Shown here piece by piece: positions 57,962-64,000 of a stretch of 64,000 nt of DNA (position 1 is the stretch's first letter; every line of letters starts with the position of its first letter). The DNA lies in assembly GCA_024279255.1 (NCBI GenBank), contig JAJRRT010000009.1, positions 2,670-66,669 on the forward strand, given 5' to 3'. The position numbers and the translations under genes are program-made. Under the pieces are notes generated by a model. The model was not told the origin of the DNA, searched no databases, and worked only from the letters and a program-made list of their open reading frames with translations. The DNA is from Deltaproteobacteria bacterium. GTDB lineage: Bacteria; Desulfobacterota; Desulfuromonadia; Desulfuromonadales; Geopsychrobacteraceae.

Positions 57962-59155
57962 TTGAATACTCCGACTGCTGGCACAACTGCCGATCTGCCG
58001 CCGAATGTACCCTTTTGGCGCGATCCCGACAAAAGAGGGATGGTGTTCCAGATTGTCGTGTTGCTTTTTGCCATCGGTATTGGTTACTTCCTTTTTTCAA
58101 ATACTCAGGCCAACCTTGAACGTCAGTCGATTGCGACCGGTTTCGGCTTTTTGCAAAACGAGGCAGGTTTCGAGATTGGTGAAACAACGATAGAATATTC
58201 GTCGGCTGACAGCTATGGCCGGGCACTGTTTGCTGGAGCGCTCAATACGCTCAAGGTCTCTTTCATCGGCATTGTCTTTACCCTTCTTCTTGGAACGATT
58301 GTCGGTATTGCTCGCCTCTCTCATAACTGGCTGGTATCACGCTTGTCCGGAGTGTTTATCGAGGTGATGCAGAATATTCCTATTCTGCTGCAGCTATTTT
58401 TCTGGTACGCCCTGTTTTACGAAGCCTTCCCCTCTCCAAGACAGGCACTCAATCCATTGCCTGGGGTCTTTTTGTGCAACAGGGGGCTTATTTTTGGTGT
58501 GCCAGTTGATCATCCTTCTCACGGTGGAATGATGATTGCGTTCCTTGTCGGAATCATCGGTTGGTGGCTGCTGGTGCGTTGGGGCCGCAAAACTCAGGAG
58601 AGTACCGGGCGGATTCTGCCGGTCCATCGTTTAGGGATGGGTGGTTGTGTGCTCTTGCCGTTGTTGGTCTGGATACTGGCCGGGGCACCGACTGCGATGA
58701 GTATTCCATCACTTCAGGGCTTCAATTTTCTTGGCGGAGTCACAGTCAGTCCAGAATTCAGCGCACTGTTGTTGGGGTTGGTTCTCTATACTTCAGCCTT
58801 TGTGGCCGAGATCGTACGCGCCGGTATCCAGTCAGTTTCTCGCGGTCAGGTCGAAGCGGCAATGTCGATCGGACTTCGTTCGGGGCAGGTGTTACGTCTG
58901 GTGATACTACCTCAGGCTTTACGGGTGATTATTCCGCCCTTGACGAGCCAGATGCTCAATCTGACCAAGAACAGTTCCCTAGCAATCGCTATCGGTTACA
59001 GTGATTTTGTCTCAGTCGCAAATACCACGATAAATCAGACTGGACAAGCGATTGAAGGGGTAGCGCTAATCATGGTTATCTATCTTTTCTTCAGTCTTTC
59101 GACCTCAGTTTTTATGAATTGGTATAACAAGAACATGGCGCTGGTGGAGAGGTAA
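57962..59155 (+). CDS. aapQ: Amino-acid ABC permease (AapQ type); TTG start
   Basis: GFGFLQNEAGFEIGE, EIVRAGIQSV..GQ.EAA, LNLTKNSSLA. Confidence 0.9.
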   Translation: MNTPTAGTTADLPPNVPFWRDPDKRGMVFQIVVLLFAIGIGYFLFSNTQANLERQSIATGFGFLQNEAGFEIGETTIEYSSADSYGRALFAGALNTLKVSFIGIVFTLLLGTIVGIARLSHNWLVSRLSGVFIEVMQNIPILLQLFFWYALFYEAFPSPRQALNPLPGVFLCNRGLIFGVPVDHPSHGGMMIAFLVGIIGWWLLVRWGRKTQESTGRILPVHRLGMGGCVLLPLLVWILAGAPTAMSIPSLQGFNFLGGVTVSPEFSALLLGLVLYTSAFVAEIVRAGIQSVSRGQVEAAMSIGLRSGQVLRLVILPQALRVIIPPLTSQMLNLTKNSSLAIAIGYSDFVSVANTTINQTGQAIEGVALIMVIYLFFSLSTSVFMNWYNKNMALVER

Positions 59156-59156
59156 T

Positions 59157-60254
59157 ATGATGAATGATTCGATTACCAATACCGCTGGTGAACAGATGAA
59201 ACCTCCGAAACGTAATGTTGGTGTCTACGGTTGGCTGCGCGAGAATCTGTTTAACAACTGGTTCAATTCGTTGCTGACTCTGTTTATTATTTATGGATTG
59301 TGGATCACTTGCGTGCCTTTGATCCGATGGGTATTTATCGACAGCCTCTGGTACAGTAGCGCTGAAGCTTGTCGTGATATTGAGGGGGCGTGTTGGTCGA
59401 TCATCCCACAGAATGTCAGCTTTATCTTCTTTGGTTTCTTCCCCGAAGATCAGCAATGGCGACCCCTTATGGCGATGCTGTCGCTATTTGCTCTGGTTTT
59501 TTATTCTAAAGATCGTGCACACTGGAAACGGTCGCTCGGAGTTTACTGGCTGTTCGGTCTTGTTATCATGGGCACTCTGATGCACGGCGGTGTTTTCGGC
59601 ATGCCAGTGGTCGAGACCGACAAGTGGAGCGGTTTTCCTCTGACCTTGATGCTTGCGCTGTTCGGCATGGTCTTCGCCTATCCGTTGGGGGTTCTGTTGG
59701 CGCTGGGGCGGCGTTCAAAGATGACCGGCATCAAGTCGCTCTGTGTGGTTTATATTGAATTAATCCGCGGGGTACCACTGATCAGTTTGCTCTTCATGTC
59801 ATCGGTTATGTTTCCACTCTTTCTTCCTGAAGGCTTCACCCTCGATAAAGTGTTGCGTGCTCAGGTCGCAATCATCCTGTTTACTGCGGCCTATATCGCT
59901 GAGGTGGTACGTGGTGGGCTACAAGCGATCCCCAGTGGGCAATACGAGGCTGCCGATTCTTTAGGCCTTAGCTATGGCAAAACGATGCGCTTGATTATCC
60001 TGCCGCAAGCGCTGAAGATCGTCATTCCGCCATCGGTCGGGATTTTGATTTCCGCCTTTAAAGACACTTCTCTGGTCGTAATCATAGCGCTCTATGATGT
60101 TCTGACGACCACCAAGGTTACCTTGTCGAACCCGAAGTGGATGGGCTTTTCCAGCGAGGCGTACATGTTTTTGGCGGTACTTTACTTTATTTGCTGCTAT
60201 GCGATGTCGAGTTACAGTCGTAAGCTTGAAAAAGACCTTCATACCGGTCTTTAG
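59157..60254 (+). CDS. aapM: Amino-acid ABC permease (AapM type)
   Basis: [37 protein letters not shown]. Confidence 0.9.
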   Translation: MMNDSITNTAGEQMKPPKRNVGVYGWLRENLFNNWFNSLLTLFIIYGLWITCVPLIRWVFIDSLWYSSAEACRDIEGACWSIIPQNVSFIFFGFFPEDQQWRPLMAMLSLFALVFYSKDRAHWKRSLGVYWLFGLVIMGTLMHGGVFGMPVVETDKWSGFPLTLMLALFGMVFAYPLGVLLALGRRSKMTGIKSLCVVYIELIRGVPLISLLFMSSVMFPLFLPEGFTLDKVLRAQVAIILFTAAYIAEVVRGGLQAIPSGQYEAADSLGLSYGKTMRLIILPQALKIVIPPSVGILISAFKDTSLVVIIALYDVLTTTKVTLSNPKWMGFSSEAYMFLAVLYFICCYAMSSYSRKLEKDLHTGL

Positions 60255-60295
60255 TGACCGCACGAGCCTTTAAGGCGATACGGGACGGATATCTT

Positions 60296-61063
60296 ATGAA
60301 TGACCAGGCATCTACAACTAAGAGCATGGCCGAGAAGCCGATCATCGAAGTAATCGGTATGCATAAATGGTTTGGCGATTTCCATGTGTTGCAGGATATC
60401 AATCTGCAGGTGAAGAATGGTGAGCGAATCGTTATCTGCGGGCCGTCCGGTTCGGGCAAGTCGACCCTGATCCGCTGCATAAATCGATTGGAAGAACATC
60501 AGAAGGGGCGGATCATCATCGATGGCACTGAATTGACCAACGATATAAAAAATATCGAGAAGGTGCGTGCCGAAGTCGGGATGGTTTTTCAGCACTTCAA
60601 CCTTTTTCCCCATCTGACGATCGTTGAAAATCTGACACTCGGCCCGATTTGGGTGCGCAAGACCCCGAAGAAAGATGCTGAAGAAGCGGCGATGAAGTAT
60701 CTGGAGAAGGTCAAAATTGCAGAACAGGCCGCGAAGTTTCCGGGTCAGCTCTCTGGTGGGCAGCAACAACGGGTGGCGATCGCGCGCAGCCTGTGCATGA
60801 ACCCCAATGTCATGCTGTTTGATGAACCGACCTCAGCACTCGATCCTGAAATGATCAAAGAGGTTCTTGACGTTATGATCGATCTTGCCGAAGAGGGGAT
60901 GACGATGCTGGTTGTCACCCATGAGATGGGCTTCGCCAAGAGCGTCGCCGATCGGGTAATGTTTATGGATGAAGGACAGATCGTTGAGCAGAACACGCCT
61001 CACGAGTTTTTCGACAATCCTCAGAATGAACGGACTCAGCTTTTCTTGAGTCAGATATTGTAA
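60296..61063 (+). CDS. aapP: Amino-acid ABC ATP-binding protein (AapP/GlnQ type); start 60296
   Basis: [42 protein letters not shown]. Confidence 0.93.
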   Translation: MNDQASTTKSMAEKPIIEVIGMHKWFGDFHVLQDINLQVKNGERIVICGPSGSGKSTLIRCINRLEEHQKGRIIIDGTELTNDIKNIEKVRAEVGMVFQHFNLFPHLTIVENLTLGPIWVRKTPKKDAEEAAMKYLEKVKIAEQAAKFPGQLSGGQQQRVAIARSLCMNPNVMLFDEPTSALDPEMIKEVLDVMIDLAEEGMTMLVVTHEMGFAKSVADRVMFMDEGQIVEQNTPHEFFDNPQNERTQLFLSQIL

Positions 61064-61092
61064 ACCTTGAGGCGCGAAGCGTGGCAAGTGAG

Positions 61093-61132
61093 AAAAAGCT
61101 AGGCCGCCTGATATTCAGGTGGCCTAGCTTTT
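61093..61132. terminator. Bidirectional terminator
   Basis: AAAAAGCTAGGCCGCCTGA/TCAGGTGGCCTAGCTTTT. Confidence 0.85.
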
Positions 61133-61168
61133 GAGGGTTTAGTTATTTCCCGCTTCCCATCTCTCGCT

Positions 61169-61651
61169 TCAAGTCTTTGTCTCAAACCGGTTCTCTTCAA
61201 CATTCTTTCGAGTTGTTTGCGGGTTGAAAATCTGACCATTCATGGCGATGTAGACTCCAGGTGGCAGGGTTTGGACTGCGGTGAGGGCTGCGGAGACATT
61301 GAATAACGCATCGGTTGAGCGAAAACGGGCTGGCTGCATCGCACCAGTTAAAACGATGGTCTTTTCTGGAATACCCTGGAGAGCGCAGCCGGTCTGAACC
61401 ATAGTGTCGGTGCCGTGAGTAATAACAATCTGTTGAGAGTCACTCTCTTCTACAGCCTGACGAATCAGTTTGCGATCATCTTCGCTCATCTCCAGACTGT
61501 CCTTCCGCAACACCTCGCTGACTTTGACCTCGATTGTCAGGTTCGCTTCCTTAAGCAGTTCCGCTATGGGGGAATCTCCGATCTGGAAGCGACTCTTGGC
61601 GTCGAAGTATATTTTGTCGATGGTGCCACCGGTTGTCAGAATTTCGATCAT
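61169..61651 (-). CDS. Short single-domain asparaginase-family protein
   Basis: TTGGTI and ITHGTDTM catalytic-Thr motifs, VLTGAMQP; lacks the C-terminal domain. Confidence 0.85.
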   Translation of the reverse strand: MIEILTTGGTIDKIYFDAKSRFQIGDSPIAELLKEANLTIEVKVSEVLRKDSLEMSEDDRKLIRQAVEESDSQQIVITHGTDTMVQTGCALQGIPEKTIVLTGAMQPARFRSTDALFNVSAALTAVQTLPPGVYIAMNGQIFNPQTTRKNVEENRFETKT

Positions 61652-62163
61652 TCTTTATCGCCCCACAGTTTTTTGTATAAGATTATTTGTCCGCAACGGC
61701 TATCGCCCAGATCGGCGATCTCTGGCAATTGTCCCGCCAGGGTGAAGCCACCTTTTTCGAGCAGAGTGCGACTGCCAATGTTGCTCTCAAGAAGAATAGC
61801 TAACAGGTATCTTAACCCAGCATCAACCGCGATCCGCTGTGCTTGCTCGAGCATGAATCGGCCCAACCCCTTACCGCGCGCATCCTTAGCAAGGAAGTAG
61901 CTGACTTCAGCGACTTGATGCATTGCCGCACGACCATTACGCCAGGCTGAAAAATAAAAGTAGCCCACCATCTGCTGATCAATCTCAACAATATGAATCA
62001 GAAATGGGGGGCACTGGTGAGCATTGAACCAGGGCTGCCGCTGTTCGAGGGTATAGGGGGTCAGGTCCGCGGTGAAGCCACCTTCAGCAATAATCGCATT
62101 GTAAAGGGCGACCAGGTTCGGCAGGTCGACTTTCGTCGCAGGACGATGGGTGGCTTTGATCAC
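61648..62163 (-). CDS. GNAT N-acetyltransferase (Pat/YncA-like)
   Basis: DL..L.ALYN..I, RGKGLGR acetyl-CoA motif, N.GS..LLEK.GF; ATGA coupling to the next gene. Confidence 0.85.
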   Translation of the reverse strand: MIKATHRPATKVDLPNLVALYNAIIAEGGFTADLTPYTLEQRQPWFNAHQCPPFLIHIVEIDQQMVGYFYFSAWRNGRAAMHQVAEVSYFLAKDARGKGLGRFMLEQAQRIAVDAGLRYLLAILLESNIGSRTLLEKGGFTLAGQLPEIADLGDSRCGQIILYKKLWGDKE

Positions 62164-62230
62164 GATTCAATCCCCTTGACGCTAAGAGTTACGAATAATT
62201 GATTCTGCCCCCGATGCTATTATCTGTCAA

Positions 62231-62452
62231 TCAGAGGGATAGGCTGGACAGATATTCGTTAATTTCTTTTTCGATCATTAGGGCTTTGTTCCGGTCATAA
62301 GTATGGGTTGCAATGACATTTTTAAACAAGCAGGAACTGCTACCGCAGGTGACACAATCGATGTGATATTTCTCTAGAATTTCACCGATATGTGGATGTT
62401 CAGCAAGCATCTTGGCGATGGTCGTTTTTTCGAACTCTTCAGGCAGGCGCAT
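62231..62452 (-). CDS. Small DUF1858/ScdA-N-like protein with Cys motif
   Basis: TIAKMLAEHPHIGEILEKYHIDCVTCGSSSCLFKNVIATH; AGGAG RBS. Confidence 0.65.
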   Translation of the reverse strand: MRLPEEFEKTTIAKMLAEHPHIGEILEKYHIDCVTCGSSSCLFKNVIATHTYDRNKALMIEKEINEYLSSLSL

Positions 62453-62581
62453 GGTTGTGGTTCTCCTGATTCATGATTTGGATCGTGCTGATAATATAGT
62501 CCATGTTAGGAACCGAAACCTTTGATGAAAATCAAAAAAAATAAAATAGGTGTTTGTAGTATGTTGGAAGTTAGTCAACTG

Positions 62582-62710
62582 CTTCCATTGGAAATGATGA
62601 TGTTGGTTGAAAGTGAAATCATTTTTGTGCCTGAGCGTAAAATCAAGGTTAAAGGTTCAATTGTCAGTGCCGATGGTACTACCTATGCCACGGCAGACTG
62701 TTTGTTGTCA
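62582..62710 (+). pseudogene. Possible hotdog-fold thioesterase C-terminal remnant
   Basis: LPLE..MLVESEII...ERKIKVKGSIVSADGTTYATADCLL resembles PaaI-type C-termini; no plausible N-terminus. Confidence 0.3.
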
Positions 62711-62743
62711 GTATTCTACAAAGCTGATGTGCTCTTAAGACGC

Positions 62744-62775
62744 AAAAAGCCCGACCGTTATCGGTCGGGCTTTTT
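62744..62775. terminator. Terminator after the Na/Pi symporter gene
   Basis: AAAAAGCCCGACCG/CGGTCGGGCTTTTT. Confidence 0.85.
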
Positions 62776-62797
62776 GCGTAGGCCATGATGACGATAC

Positions 62798-64000
62798 TCA
62801 ACTCTCAGTAAAGAGTGCCTCATGCAGGTTGACTGTATGGTTCTTGATTCGACGCAGGGCAACTGCCATGTCACTGAAGGTCAGGGCGGGCAGGGCGCCA
62901 CAGGTCCCCTGTTTCATCCGGTCAAGATGTCTGCTCCGAATGCTATCGGCCTGATCATTGAGTCGGTTGGCTTCATCATAGATTTTACGTGTACTGCTCG
63001 CATCTTCATTGTTGAACGCCTTGCAAACCTGGATGAAGAGGGCGAAGACCTCGTGATGAAAATTCTGAATGTCTTTCCAGCCATCTTCACTAAAATCGAG
63101 CTCGTATTTATCGAGACGTTTCATGTAGGAGCAGAGGGATGCGGAATAGTCAGCAATCGACTCCAGTTCGTCAGCGGCTCGCACGTAGGCGTAGGCGCGG
63201 TCTGATTGTTCTTTGCTGGCATTGCCTGCCTGCATCAGGGTCACGGTAAAGGTTGTGATCTCATGTTGCATGACATCGGTTTCATCTTCAAGAGTCGTCA
63301 CCTTACGGAAGAAGCGCTCCCGACCTTTGAGGTCACGTTGTAAAAAGCTACCCGCGTGGCGTAAGGCTTTGTGGACCCGTCCCTGCATCCGCTTTAGTTC
63401 TTCAAACACCATCGATATACCCATAGCGACAGGCATAGTGCCGGGAGTCCCGATATATTTGAAAGCCCCTCTTTCTGCGCCCTCTTTCTCAGGGACCATT
63501 CTGGTAACCAGGTTCGCCAGCTTATGTAGAAAAGGCAGCATCACCAGGGTTGCGGTAACATTGAAAAATGTGTGTGCCATGGCAATGTGCGCTGCAATGT
63601 AGGGGCGATTACCATCGCCATCGACAAAGTTAGCGACGCCAGGAACGAATTCTTCAATCATTCGGACGTAGGGGGCGAAGATCAAAATGATGATTACAAC
63701 CCCCAGCACATTGAATACGCTATGGGCCATCGCCGCCCGACGAGCGGGAATTGTTCCGCCGATTGCAGCAAACTGAGCGGTGATGGTGGTACCAATATTT
63801 TCACCCATGACCAGAGCAATCGCAGTGTATAAAGGAATAGCCCCGGTTGCAGCAAGGGCGATGGTAATGCCGAGCATTGCCGAGCTGCTCTGGATGATCA
63901 TGGTCATCAGGCAACCGATGGCGACACAACCGAGGATACTCAGGAAAGTCTGGGCATCAAGGGTCAACATCAGGTTCATGAAACTTTCGTCGCTTCTTAG
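62798..64000 (-). CDS. Na+/phosphate cotransporter (NptA/YjbB family), 5' end outside the window
   Basis: IQSSSA, GENIGTTITA, ARRAAMAH..FN, PhoU-like C-terminal helices; frame open to the window edge. Confidence 0.92.
   Translation of the reverse strand, partial: LRSDESFMNLMLTLDAQTFLSILGCVAIGCLMTMIIQSSSAMLGITIALAATGAIPLYTAIALVMGENIGTTITAQFAAIGGTIPARRAAMAHSVFNVLGVVIIILIFAPYVRMIEEFVPGVANFVDGDGNRPYIAAHIAMAHTFFNVTATLVMLPFLHKLANLVTRMVPEKEGAERGAFKYIGTPGTMPVAMGISMVFEELKRMQGRVHKALRHAGSFLQRDLKGRERFFRKVTTLEDETDVMQHEITTFTVTLMQAGNASKEQSDRAYAYVRAADELESIADYSASLCSYMKRLDKYELDFSEDGWKDIQNFHHEVFALFIQVCKAFNNEDASSTRKIYDEANRLNDQADSIRSRHLDRMKQGTCGALPALTFSDMAVALRRIKNHTVNLHEALFTES

Overview
Chromosomal segment of an anaerobic deltaproteobacterium, inferred to be Desulfuromonadales from the fur-feoB-dtxR operon, the c3/c7-type cytochrome and the succinyl-CoA:acetate CoA-transferase. 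Most of it is housekeeping: ccdA, fur/feoB, prfB with its programmed +1 frameshift, guaBA, ilvY-ilvC, bamD, moxR-DUF58-transglutaminase, an acyl-CoA ligase, an M16C peptidase, rlmKL, a TatT-associated TRAP transporter, ettA, phoH-7TM/HD-ybeY-corC-lnt, an aapJQMP-type ABC transporter and a Na/Pi symporter that runs off the window end. I found no rRNA, tRNA, CRISPR array, transposase or integrase. The most interesting part is a minus-strand accessory tract at about 35.2-44.6 kb. It holds (i) an intact Crp regulator, cytochrome P460-family protein, unannotated 46-aa CxxC lipoprotein, acidic porin and VCBS-repeat protein in series, (ii) an intact ferredoxin-NADP-reductase-like/radical SAM pair, and (iii) genes collapsed by internal deletions into chimeric remnants (solute symporter, FMN glutamate-synthase-like protein, acetolactate synthase fused to aldehyde dehydrogenase). 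Two small Cys-rich genes missing from the ORF track were found (3410-3586 and 42762-42902). Other notable items are a compact tetraheme cytochrome, a 31-bp palindrome and a candidate switchable RNA leader at about 25.0-25.1 kb. All family assignments come from motif recognition by eye; no database search was run.
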